62,655 nt of DNA from an uncultured Pseudomonadota bacterium (GCA_902763905.1 CACWUA010000002.1:6075-68729); one strand, 5' to 3'. Counted from the stretch's first letter, positions 1 to 9,671 are shown. Notes: generated from the letters alone by a model not told the origin. Program-made: numbers and translations.

Positions 1-1
1 G

Positions 2-1867
2 TTTGATTTATTGAATATACCGGATCCTACTTTTTTGTTTGTGGGCGGTGCAATTTATGTGGCCGGAATTTTCATCAGTTTAAGCGTCGGTATGTATTTT
101 GTTGACGCATCACTGAGACTTGGAATTGCCATTATATTTATGCCGATAAGCATTGCACTTTGGCCGTTTCCGCCGACAAGCAGCAAATTTATGGATAACT
201 TAAATACTATCATTCGCAACGGGTTATTGTTTGCATTGATGTCGGTCGGAATTTCATTTGCACTGTGTCTAATCAACGCCGGTCTTTTTGAAAGCGGAGA
301 TGCTGCTTTCTGGAGTGCGATTGAGCATCAGCAAACCGAGCTCTTAAGTGAGAACTTTTCCTTTTTCAGCACCCATATTTTGGTTGTGGGGTTTAGTTTG
401 ATTTATGGTTTCAGACTTTTAGAATCCAGCGTCAATAATTATTTGAACGCCTTTTTCAGCGACCCGATGTTCGGCAGTCAAAGTCCGATGAATCAAATGG
501 GCACACAAGCTTTCGGCATGGTCTCACAAAATATGGTAAAACCGGCAGCAAGTCTTGCCAAAGACATAGCAATGCACCAAACCGGACGGGCTATCGGCGG
601 TATCGGAACGGCAATCTCGGCAGAGGGACGCGGCAAAATTGCCGGAGGAATAAAAAATGTATACAGCGGTCTCAAAACTTTTGCCAAGAATCCGCGGCAG
701 ACATATAATCGAGCTATGACAATCGCTGGTAAAAAAGCTAATAACGCAATTCAAAGTGTCGGCCAAAAAGCCGAAAATGCAATTTTCGCAGCCGGTGAAG
801 GAGCTAAAAAGTTAGCTGACGGAATTTCGGCAATGGCTCCGATACCTCTGAGCGAGGATATTCGTCAAGACAGACTGCAGGGTAAATTGGAAAACGGTAA
901 ACGTCCGGTATTTGATGAAAATGCAGGTTTCCGCGGCAACAAAGGAATTAACAATAAAATCGACTATCTGACAAACAAATTCGGCAAATTTGCCCGAAAT
1001 AATATAGATGCAGTTACTCCCGCAGTGGGAAATTTCACTGAGAATGTGTTGGCGCATGGCGGCGGCGAAATAAATAATGCGGTGCGAACTGCGGAAGAAG
1101 GCGCAAAACAATGGACCGCAGATAAAATTGCCGACACTATCAATCAGGTAAACGCCATGCGCGGCTCCGAAGATCCGGCAGTTAGCGGCGATCAGATACG
1201 AGCCGGTGTACGCAATGCCGGTATCATTGCCGGTGCTAAATTAAATAAATTAGCGGATAAGGTAATCGACAGCGACATAGTTCAAGGCTTTAAGGAAGGT
1301 GCTGCAACTGCAGACCAAGCTCCAATTACACTTGAACCTTTGGCAGCTGTTTCGGCTCCGTTCAAAGCAGTGCGGCATCCGATTAAAACTTGTCGCAAAC
1401 TGGCTAATCTCAGTGAATCCTTCAACAATTATAAGCAAACATTGAAAGAGAATAGAGAGCTCACTACGCCGACAACCGGCAATAGCGGAGGTAATGCTCA
1501 ACAAACCCTAGAAAACAGCCAACCGAGCCGTACCCGTATCATTATGAAAGCTACAGGACAGATTGTAGCGCGCACTGCAAAAGATGTAGGTTCAAAAACA
1601 GAAAATGTCGGAAAATATGCAGCAAAAGCCGGCAAGGCAACAGCTAAACCAATCGGCAAAGCTGCCGGAAAGACAGCAGATGCTTTGGGTAAAACCTTAC
1701 AAGATTTCGGAGCATGGCTCGGCGACAATTCAAAAAGAGGCGGACAACGGGATAACAGTTCATGGCTGGAAAAATGGAACAGTGTTGTTGCCGATAAAAA
1801 GGCAAGAGAAGAAGAGGCTCAGGAAGAGAGCGATTACTACCGCGAGATGAGTGGCGGAGATAATTAA
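2..1867 (+). CDS. TrbL/VirB6-like type IV secretion inner-membrane protein, 5'-partial (frame open to window edge), with a long Gly/Lys/Ala-rich C-terminal extension
   Basis: Several N-terminal TM helices. The motif YFVDASLRLGIAIIFMPISIALWPFPPTSSKF follows the VirB6 pattern (DA..l...la.gP......F..T......W). It is paralogous to LIDCVLQLCIAAALVPCAIAAFAFKITEKYIKIIW in the next gene. No stop codon lies between position 2 and the TTG at 11. Confidence 0.6.
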   Translation, partial: FDLLNIPDPTFLFVGGAIYVAGIFISLSVGMYFVDASLRLGIAIIFMPISIALWPFPPTSSKFMDNLNTIIRNGLLFALMSVGISFALCLINAGLFESGDAAFWSAIEHQQTELLSENFSFFSTHILVVGFSLIYGFRLLESSVNNYLNAFFSDPMFGSQSPMNQMGTQAFGMVSQNMVKPAASLAKDIAMHQTGRAIGGIGTAISAEGRGKIAGGIKNVYSGLKTFAKNPRQTYNRAMTIAGKKANNAIQSVGQKAENAIFAAGEGAKKLADGISAMAPIPLSEDIRQDRLQGKLENGKRPVFDENAGFRGNKGINNKIDYLTNKFGKFARNNIDAVTPAVGNFTENVLAHGGGEINNAVRTAEEGAKQWTADKIADTINQVNAMRGSEDPAVSGDQIRAGVRNAGIIAGAKLNKLADKVIDSDIVQGFKEGAATADQAPITLEPLAAVSAPFKAVRHPIKTCRKLANLSESFNNYKQTLKENRELTTPTTGNSGGNAQQTLENSQPSRTRIIMKATGQIVARTAKDVGSKTENVGKYAAKAGKATAKPIGKAAGKTADALGKTLQDFGAWLGDNSKRGGQRDNSSWLEKWNSVVADKKAREEEAQEESDYYREMSGGDN

Positions 1868-1873
1868 AACGGG

Positions 1874-4800
1874 ATGAAGAACATGAGAAAAACGAGGTTA
1901 CATATCTTTTTATTTGTATTTTTACTCGGTATCATTATGCCGATTATTCCGGTGTATGCAGCCGGCGGCTCGTGTAATAATTCATGTTCACAAATCAGCG
2001 GAGAATGTATCGGAACCAGAGCTCTGCAAGGTTCTGCCTCCGCTAAAATGGATATTAATTGCTTAAAAACTAATTCTGCTTCTTCATGTTTTAATCAGGT
2101 GCCTATTACCGGCGGTACCGGCAACTACAATTCCATAGGTAAACGCTCGGCAACACGCAACCACTACGGAACGGATATCGGTGCCAGTAATACAACATCG
2201 GCTAAAGCATTAGCAGCAGCTGAAGGTGAAGTGATATACGCACGCTCAGCCGGCGGAAGCGGTTGGACTATTGCCATAAATCACAAAAAAAAATGTCAAG
2301 GCGGCGGTGGGTATCATACGGTTTATCGTCATTTATACAAGATGTTCGTCAGTGCAGGACAGCATGTTAATGCCAATGAACCTATAGGAATCGTCGGCGG
2401 TTCCAATACCGTCAACGGTAAAGTCTGCCATAATCCGGCTCAGCTGAAAAACTGTGCCAGCGGTTGGTATGCCATTCACTTGCATTTTGAATTATTGGAT
2501 GGTGAACTCTGCGGTAGCTGCAGCACACAGGCAACTCCATCAAAAGTTATGTCTCCATATTGCAAAGATGCGGCTGTGTTATGCGGCGGTTGTCCGGACA
2601 GTCAGGAATGTAAATGCACCAAAAATTGCGGCGGTGCTTTTGGTGATTCCAGTAACAGGCAAGCTCCGGGAGAGAGTTCAGGCGGCACAGCAGCGGGAGA
2701 AGTCAGTAGCAATACCAATGCGGCAGATGTTGATGCTTATTCCTCCAAAAACTGTTCGTTCGGCGAGTTTTTAGATTCAAAAAGCTGCGTATTCTGCAAC
2801 CTGTTTAAAATTATGTATAACTCCGCCAGCGATATCGCGCTTAATGCCAATAATCGGCTGGCAGCACCGAGTAAAAGTCTGGTTATTATCGGATTTTTGA
2901 TTTGGATGGCTATTTATTTCTTAAAACAAATAGGTACTTTTAATGCAACTTCTACCGGAGAGATGCTTAAAGGACTTTTGTTCCAAGGTTTCAGAGTTGC
3001 CGTTGTGGTGATTATTCTGAGCAATGCCATACCGCAGGTAATGAATTTGACGCTTAATCCGGTAATGCAGACAGGGTTTAACTTTGTGCAGAATCTCAGT
3101 GCGTTTTCCGTATGTGATGATTCACTCGATTATATGCAGAATATCAAAGGATTCGAAGACAGCTATTCCGCAGAAAACGCCGACGGAGGTCTGCCAAAAA
3201 ATGTAGGAAAAGCGATTATATGCAGCATGAAAAATCTTGAAGATGCTACCGGAACACTGATGGCTTTAGGCGACTACTCAATATGTTTAGCACACACCAA
3301 ACATACTATCAAAGGTGTAATCCCAAGCTTAGGCTATTTGTCAACCGGCTGGTTTTTATGGATAGTCGGAGCCATATTATTGATGGCATTTCCTTGGTGC
3401 CTGATTGATTGTGTTTTACAGTTGTGCATTGCCGCAGCACTGGTACCTTGCGCCATTGCCGCTTTTGCCTTTAAGATAACAGAAAAATATATTAAAATAA
3501 TTTGGTCATTCTTTATGAATGCCATGTTTAACTTTGTGTTTATGGCTTTGATTGTTTATATAATTAATTCGCACTTAAAAGATTGGATCGGACTTTCTAA
3601 GTTATCGCAAGCAGAACTGGACGAGCATGAAGATATCTTTATCAGCGGCGGAATCATCGATATGCTCGGCGGTCAATTCGAGGGTTTGGCTTGGTGGGGA
3701 ATCGGTGCCATCAAGCTCTTGGCAATGTGTTTCTTCTGTTGGACATTCTTTGATGAGGCCGCGGCTATGGCAAAGAAATTCGCCGATTCACCGGGATTGG
3801 GTGGTAGTAAAGGTATCGGTCGTATGGTTGGCGGAACCATGGCGCAGATGGGAACAAATTGGGGTTTGAAACCGGCAGCACATTATACAAAAAAAGGTGC
3901 ACAAGCTCTCGGTCGCGGCATCAATTCGGCCGTGGGTAACAGTTTCCGCAGCGGAGTAAACCATGGCAAAGGTTGGGCAATGGATAAACTTGCTAAACTG
4001 GGAATAGCTCAAAGCCAAATAACAAAAGATCCCAATACAGGCAAAACTATCGGATATAAGAGTAAAATCCGCTTGTTCGGACGCGATATTGAACGAAATG
4101 TTACACGCGATGAGAATGGTAACTGGTCATTGGAAAAAACAACGCATAAACGCTCGGCTATTGATAAAGCTTTTGAGGTAGCACGCGATGAAAACGGTAA
4201 TATAATAAGAGATGAAAACGGAATTCCTCAATATTTATCCCGTCAGCGTGTACTGGGTAAGGTCATCGGATATGAGGCGATGACGGCAACCCGCGATAAA
4301 AACGGTAATCTGCATTATGCAACCGCAGACGGCAGCCGTTCATTTACCATGGATAATGATGGCAAAATACTTTCATACAAAACACCTTATACCGGAACTC
4401 TGCTTGGCGGTTCACACGAAAAAACCGATCGTCATCAATACGGTACAACCAAAACCATCAATGATGGTATCTCCAAAACAGTTCAAAAATTTGATGCCAA
4501 CGGCAACCTTGTCAGTTCAGATACCGAGTTCAAAAATGTCAGCGCCTCTCATTTGATGAACACCGACGGAACACTTAATGCCAACTCTTTCAACCAAATT
4601 AAGAATGGCGCTAAAGATCCGGAAATTGCCGCTTCGTATATGGTGGAAGAGGTTATGAAGAGCCGCGGTATCGGACTTCCGGAGACTTTTGCCGACAGAA
4701 AAGTCAACCTTAATAAAGATGGTTCATTTACGATTGTTCAGAAAAATCTGGTAGGGCATGACAAGATATCCAATAAGGATTTGTACGAAACCAGAGTAGT

Positions 4801-5917
4801 CAATGCTCAAATCATAGGCAATCAGATGGTTATAGATATTACGGCCGTCGACTCCAGAGGCAACATTACACATCATAAGAGTAACGGAATCCAAACAATT
4901 GTCGATAAATTCACATTGCAATACGACAGCAAAGGCAATATTATGAAGGACAAAGACGGCAAATCGTTGTATAAATACAGCAGCTCGCCTCAATTCTCCG
5001 AATATTGGCAAAAACGCAACAGCGGTCATGGTGTGATTGCTACCGATGGCAGCTGGGGTAATCTGGTTGATCGCGACAAGGCTATGGCCGGATTTACACA
5101 ACAGGATTTTGATAAACATCTGGCTAAGATTAAGCTCAAAGAACTGCGGCGAACCAACACCCTGAATAAATTCAATAAAGAATTGAATACTAAAGGTTCG
5201 CAAATCAATGTTTTGAACGGACTGTTGAGCAAAGAAAGTTTGTCGCAGGCAGAAGTGATGGCACTCAATGCCGGATTGATGTCGACAATCGGAATTCCGC
5301 TTGATGAACTGCCGTTCGGAGCAAGTTCAGAAGATTTGCTATCGCCACTAAATGATACGCGTGATAAGAATAATCTGCCGTATACAGATAAACCAAACGA
5401 CGAAGATAAACCGGCAAATCCTCAGGAAGATGAGCGCAAGCGTCAGGAAGAGTCTAAAGCAAAAGCTGATGAAGATGAGCGCAAGCGTCAGGAAGAGTCT
5501 AAAGCAAAAGCTGATGAAGATGAGCGCAAGCGTCAGGAAGAGTCTAAAGCAAAAGCTGATGAAGATAAGCTTAAACGTGAAGCGGAAAAAGAAAAAAATC
5601 AGCGTTTGAAAGAAGAACATGAAGTACATGAAGTTGAAAGAGCACAGTTAGCCAAAGAGCGCGATAAAATCACGCAGCAATTCGCTGAAGTTGAAAAACA
5701 ACTGACTGCCGCCAAAGCTGCTGTCGATGCCGTCGGTCTGACCCCGCAGGAAAAACAACAGGCAGAGGCTGCTTACAATGCCTTATTAAGACAATCAAAT
5801 GCCCTGCGCGAAACTTTGGCGCGCAACAGAAAAGCAAACAATGATGCCATAAATGACTATAACTCTCGCGCCGATAAGCATAACAGTGAATTAGGAGATA
5901 AAAAGAAGTTGCAATAG
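1874..5917 (+). CDS. Giant (1347 aa) fusion protein: signal/TM anchor, M23 (LytM) metallopeptidase domain, Cys-rich linker, VirB6/TrbL-like polytopic domain, long repeat/coiled-coil C-terminal extension
   Basis: M23 Zn-ligand motifs HYGTD (His codon at 2162) and HLHFEL (2477). Multi-TM block around aa 330-620 with the VirB6-like F..T......W motif. C-terminal 3x EDERKRQEESKAKAD repeat. Starts 7 nt after the previous stop. Confidence 0.65.
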   Translation: MKNMRKTRLHIFLFVFLLGIIMPIIPVYAAGGSCNNSCSQISGECIGTRALQGSASAKMDINCLKTNSASSCFNQVPITGGTGNYNSIGKRSATRNHYGTDIGASNTTSAKALAAAEGEVIYARSAGGSGWTIAINHKKKCQGGGGYHTVYRHLYKMFVSAGQHVNANEPIGIVGGSNTVNGKVCHNPAQLKNCASGWYAIHLHFELLDGELCGSCSTQATPSKVMSPYCKDAAVLCGGCPDSQECKCTKNCGGAFGDSSNRQAPGESSGGTAAGEVSSNTNAADVDAYSSKNCSFGEFLDSKSCVFCNLFKIMYNSASDIALNANNRLAAPSKSLVIIGFLIWMAIYFLKQIGTFNATSTGEMLKGLLFQGFRVAVVVIILSNAIPQVMNLTLNPVMQTGFNFVQNLSAFSVCDDSLDYMQNIKGFEDSYSAENADGGLPKNVGKAIICSMKNLEDATGTLMALGDYSICLAHTKHTIKGVIPSLGYLSTGWFLWIVGAILLMAFPWCLIDCVLQLCIAAALVPCAIAAFAFKITEKYIKIIWSFFMNAMFNFVFMALIVYIINSHLKDWIGLSKLSQAELDEHEDIFISGGIIDMLGGQFEGLAWWGIGAIKLLAMCFFCWTFFDEAAAMAKKFADSPGLGGSKGIGRMVGGTMAQMGTNWGLKPAAHYTKKGAQALGRGINSAVGNSFRSGVNHGKGWAMDKLAKLGIAQSQITKDPNTGKTIGYKSKIRLFGRDIERNVTRDENGNWSLEKTTHKRSAIDKAFEVARDENGNIIRDENGIPQYLSRQRVLGKVIGYEAMTATRDKNGNLHYATADGSRSFTMDNDGKILSYKTPYTGTLLGGSHEKTDRHQYGTTKTINDGISKTVQKFDANGNLVSSDTEFKNVSASHLMNTDGTLNANSFNQIKNGAKDPEIAASYMVEEVMKSRGIGLPETFADRKVNLNKDGSFTIVQKNLVGHDKISNKDLYETRVVNAQIIGNQMVIDITAVDSRGNITHHKSNGIQTIVDKFTLQYDSKGNIMKDKDGKSLYKYSSSPQFSEYWQKRNSGHGVIATDGSWGNLVDRDKAMAGFTQQDFDKHLAKIKLKELRRTNTLNKFNKELNTKGSQINVLNGLLSKESLSQAEVMALNAGLMSTIGIPLDELPFGASSEDLLSPLNDTRDKNNLPYTDKPNDEDKPANPQEDERKRQEESKAKADEDERKRQEESKAKADEDERKRQEESKAKADEDKLKREAEKEKNQRLKEEHEVHEVERAQLAKERDKITQQFAEVEKQLTAAKAAVDAVGLTPQEKQQAEAAYNALLRQSNALRETLARNRKANNDAINDYNSRADKHNSELGDKKKLQ
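5426..5568 (+). repeat. Perfect 45-bp x3 in-frame tandem repeat (EDERKRQEESKAKAD) plus a partial fourth unit
   Basis: Units 5426-5470, 5471-5515 and 5516-5560 are identical at nucleotide level. Confidence 0.95.
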
Positions 5918-6055
5918 AGGCTGCAATAACTGAGATTTCCTCATACAACAAATAAACTAGAAAACACTTTGTATATAAATTTTATTTTTGTCTTGCATTT
6001 TGCACATAAGTACATATTATAAACGCAGATGTTATGTGTTAAATAGAGGCTTAAT

Positions 6056-7030
6056 ATGGAAGAAATTATTTTCCCAAACCAAATAAGAATGCATCGCCGT
6101 ATTCATGGTGTACCGATGCAGGAGTTGGCTGATCATTTGGGGGTCAGTTTGTCTGCAATTTCCAAAATAGAGAAAGGCTATCGTCGCTTAAATCAAGAAC
6201 AACTGATTCAAGTTGCTGAGTTGTTGGACTGTTCTTTGCAGGATTTATACGTAAACGAACAAAATTCTCAGCAAGAAGTTGTTCAAGCATGGAAGCGTGA
6301 ACAGGAGCGTCGCAGTAAAATCAATCAGACAGCCGGTTTGAAAACGTTGGGTGCAGGATTACGTCATATTCGCACCAGCAAAGGCCTTACGCTGATTGAA
6401 GTTTCCGAACATGCTGATATGACATTGTCTGTATATCATCGTATAGAAATGGGACAACGAGAAGTTTCAGATAAGGAATACAAGAATATTGCCAAGGCTT
6501 TGTCGATGCCGCTGGAACAATTGAAAGCGGCTATTCAAAAACTTGATGCCGACGGACAGTTGGAAGACATTATTGAACACAACGATACGCGCTACAAAGT
6601 TTTAAACAATGCCCGTTATGCCAATTTGGGTGCGATTACTACTGACAATAATGATGATATTATGGTTCCGCTTTATGGAAACGGCAATGCCGAAGGAAAT
6701 ATTATTATAAGCAGATCCGGTGCATTAAAAGAAATTGCTTGTCCGAGTAATCTGCGTAATAAAAACGATATTTATGCCATAAATCTGTGCACACGCCGTT
6801 TGGGTTCGTTGCTTTCGAATCGCGCTATATTGTTTATTGATCCGTCCGAAGTTGTAAGTGCGGGGGATATTGCGCTCTTCTATATCAACGAAACAGAAAC
6901 CAAATTGCTGAGCATACGAGAAGATGAAAAAGGTCAGCTTTATGGTTTGCGTTGGAACCCTGAAGAACGCGTTAATTTCAGCAACGAAGATTTAACCAAA
7001 ATTCACAAGGTTGCGGTTATTAATCTTTAA
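6056..7030 (+). CDS. Transcriptional regulator with two XRE-type HTH domains and a possible S24/LexA-like C-terminal domain
   Basis: Two HTH_3-like segments (QELADHLGVSLSAISKIEKGYRRLNQEQL and LIEVSEHADMTLSVYHRIEMGQREVSDKEY). The C-terminus RLGSLLSNRAILFIDPSEVVSAGDIALF...TKLLSI resembles the G.SM.P...GD.v.v...vKrl pattern of cI/LexA. Confidence 0.6.
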   Translation: MEEIIFPNQIRMHRRIHGVPMQELADHLGVSLSAISKIEKGYRRLNQEQLIQVAELLDCSLQDLYVNEQNSQQEVVQAWKREQERRSKINQTAGLKTLGAGLRHIRTSKGLTLIEVSEHADMTLSVYHRIEMGQREVSDKEYKNIAKALSMPLEQLKAAIQKLDADGQLEDIIEHNDTRYKVLNNARYANLGAITTDNNDDIMVPLYGNGNAEGNIIISRSGALKEIACPSNLRNKNDIYAINLCTRRLGSLLSNRAILFIDPSEVVSAGDIALFYINETETKLLSIREDEKGQLYGLRWNPEERVNFSNEDLTKIHKVAVINL

Positions 7031-7115
7031 GGCTTTATTTTATGCAATATTAATAAGATATTTACTCTCTCTATTTATAATAGGGAGAGTAAATATATAG
7101 TTTATAGGAAGTAAT

Positions 7116-9080
7116 ATGGCGGAGGCAGCGGAACAGGAAAATCCGACACAAGGAATCAGCTCGGAGTTGGATGAAGCAGCAGAATTCAGAGGCAGTAAAG
7201 AAGATCAGGAAGATTTACTGCTTACGGCTCAGCGTTATCTTAATATTTTCCATCAAATTCATATATTCAAAGCTGCAAAACGCAAAGAGTTTGATCAGCA
7301 ATTGCTTGAAATGCCTGAAAAAATTCGGCGTATATTGGCTATGTTGCCAGGGGGCCGCATTCTTTTGGAGCATATTGCGGAATTAGAGGCCCAACAAGGT
7401 ATTTTTAATTCTTCGCTGAGCAGTTTGATTGAACAAAAGCCAGCTTCGTCCGAGACTCCTGCAACAACTTCGGCAGCATCTGCGGTACAAGTTGTGCCTA
7501 CGGTGGTCAGTGCGCCGGTTGAACTCGGTAATGATTTTACTAAAGCATTAACGGAATCTTTCAGTACTTATTCGCAAAATTTACAAAAACTCAATGCCAA
7601 TATTCAACAAATTGCCGTACAACAGCAAAATTCTCAGATTAGCTCACCAACAGGGGCAAATATCAACATTGCCGACACCCTCAGCACTTTGTTAAAAGAA
7701 AATTCACAACAACAAATGGATGTTCTCAAAGATTTTGGCCAAACACTCTCCAAAACCATATTGGAATCGCAAAAAGAATTTATATCTTCGCTGCTTGATA
7801 AACAAAAAGAGAGTCAACCCCAGCACATTGTAGAAAAAGTCATTGTTCAGAGTGCAGCGCCGGCTGCTGAAGTGGTGAGTGCCGCACCAACCTTTGCTCA
7901 GCCGGTTGTTTCACAAACGGAAACGAAAGAAATCAACCCGACCTCGATTCAGGAAATAATCACAAAGCAGAATATTTCTCAATTTTCCAATGTCCGTGAG
8001 GCTTCGGCTAAAATTGATAATGTAAAACCGACTGAAAATAGCAAAAATGTTACCAAAGAAAATAATATTGCTCAAAAAATCTTACCGGAGATAAAATCAG
8101 AACAGAAGAATATCGAGCAGGAAGCTGCGTCTGTTCAAGTTTCTGATACGATCGAAATTGCCCTACCTAAAATCGAATCGAGCGTAAAAGAGACCGTGCC
8201 GACGAATAGCGGCAAAAATGACAAGAAGAAAGCCGAAAGTCAATACAAGAATAAAGAAAATAAAGAAAATAAAGAAAATAAGACAATCGATACAGTCTTG
8301 TCTCATCAGGAAAACAGTGTGCCTCATTTGCCTAGTGAAAAGAATAGAAAACAAGAAAAATCTTTACCGAAAAAAGATACTAAACAATCGCAGCAAAACG
8401 ATAAAAAAGGTGTTACCGAGGAAAAGAATAAGTCCTCTGACAGAAGTGTCGATATTGAAAATGAGCCTATTGATGAAGTGGTTGATATAGATATTGATGC
8501 CTTATTTGATGACGCATTTGCACCTAAGGACAAGAGCAAAAAAGACAATAAACCGGCAGATGCGCTCAGTGATGCGTTTGGTGTTGTCGAGCAGCCTAAG
8601 GACAAGAGCAAAAATAAAAAAGCAGAGTCGGAACCTGTGGTGTTACGTAATACCGGCTATGATTCGGCAATGCTTAAAATTAAAGAAGCACTTAATTCAA
8701 CCGATTCCGTGTCTCTTGATGACTTAAATATTACTCCGGTATCGTTGTCATCAGGGAAAGAAGAAAAAACAAACGATACTTTCAATGAATCTCCTGATTT
8801 GGAAAAAGTGTTTTCAGATTTTGCCGATGATAATGATAACAACACCCATTTGCAAGATATTGCCGATGATGACGAATGGGAATATGTTGATGAAAATGGG
8901 AATCCGATTGCACCGTCGGATAACGATGAATGGGAATACGTTGATGAAAACGGGAATCCGATTACACCGTCGGATAACGATGAATGGGAGTACGTTGATG
9001 AAAACGGAAATCCGATTACACCGTCAGATAACGATGAATGGGAATACGTTGATGAAAACGGAAATGTAATATCGTCTTAA
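7116..9080 (+). CDS. Acidic, low-complexity 654-aa protein with a conserved helical N-domain and four C-terminal DNDEWEYVDENGNPI(T/A)PS repeats; no signal peptide or TM
   Basis: Long ORF; repeats seen directly; also an NKENKENKENK microrepeat and duplicated PKDKSK segments. Confidence 0.7.
   Translation: MAEAAEQENPTQGISSELDEAAEFRGSKEDQEDLLLTAQRYLNIFHQIHIFKAAKRKEFDQQLLEMPEKIRRILAMLPGGRILLEHIAELEAQQGIFNSSLSSLIEQKPASSETPATTSAASAVQVVPTVVSAPVELGNDFTKALTESFSTYSQNLQKLNANIQQIAVQQQNSQISSPTGANINIADTLSTLLKENSQQQMDVLKDFGQTLSKTILESQKEFISSLLDKQKESQPQHIVEKVIVQSAAPAAEVVSAAPTFAQPVVSQTETKEINPTSIQEIITKQNISQFSNVREASAKIDNVKPTENSKNVTKENNIAQKILPEIKSEQKNIEQEAASVQVSDTIEIALPKIESSVKETVPTNSGKNDKKKAESQYKNKENKENKENKTIDTVLSHQENSVPHLPSEKNRKQEKSLPKKDTKQSQQNDKKGVTEEKNKSSDRSVDIENEPIDEVVDIDIDALFDDAFAPKDKSKKDNKPADALSDAFGVVEQPKDKSKNKKAESEPVVLRNTGYDSAMLKIKEALNSTDSVSLDDLNITPVSLSSGKEEKTNDTFNESPDLEKVFSDFADDNDNNTHLQDIADDDEWEYVDENGNPIAPSDNDEWEYVDENGNPITPSDNDEWEYVDENGNPITPSDNDEWEYVDENGNVISS
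8868..9070 (+). repeat. 54-bp x about 3.8 in-frame tandem repeat encoding D(D/N)DEWEYVDENGNPIxPS
   Basis: TGG codons at 8877 and 8931 fix the 54-nt period; the units are near-identical. Confidence 0.9.
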
Positions 9081-9160
9081 ACATATTAGAGGAAAGTACT
9101 CAAAAATATTTACAAATTTTATATTATTGGGTACAATACTTCGGAGAAAGGAACAAAAGT

Positions 9161-9655
9161 ATGACAGAGATTACAAATAATGCTGTTTCAAAGGAATCCT
9201 TATGGTATGTGGATAATTATATAGTACTGATTGACTATTATGATCGAACAATATCGCGAATTGCGGCACGTTGTGTGCGTATGGGTAATATTGCAATGGA
9301 AGAATATCCGCATTATTCATATATTCTCGATGTTTTGGAAGAAATATGCGATACCGGCAATTATATTTTGGAGCATGACGAATTACATCCTTATGTTGAG
9401 AAAAAGATTGCCGGAGGAATTGAAGCTCTGCGCAGAAATCTGTCGTTATACCAACAGGAACTCATAAATAATCAAACGCCGGAAATGTTGCGTACCGATC
9501 CGAACGAAGCAAAAAAATTAAATGAAGTTATGAGTAATTTCGATAAGGCTACGGATCCTACGGTTGGAGCCGGTATGAATATTGATGATTTAATGAATAA
9601 ACTAATGGCGGAAAATGCCATTGAAACCGGTGAAAATTCCGGTAATAAGCAATAA
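9161..9655 (+). CDS. Hypothetical acidic cytoplasmic protein (164 aa)
   Basis: ORF in an operon-like array; no recognisable motif. Confidence 0.5.
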   Translation: MTEITNNAVSKESLWYVDNYIVLIDYYDRTISRIAARCVRMGNIAMEEYPHYSYILDVLEEICDTGNYILEHDELHPYVEKKIAGGIEALRRNLSLYQQELINNQTPEMLRTDPNEAKKLNEVMSNFDKATDPTVGAGMNIDDLMNKLMAENAIETGENSGNKQ

Positions 9656-9671
9656 TGATAGGATACAGACC

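Noticed and set aside
7116-9080. TolA-, FimV- or PopZ-like scaffold assignment for the acidic repeat protein
   Set aside because: There is no TM anchor (TolA, FimV) and no PopZ N- or C-terminal motifs. Only the compositional bias is shared, so it is left as hypothetical.
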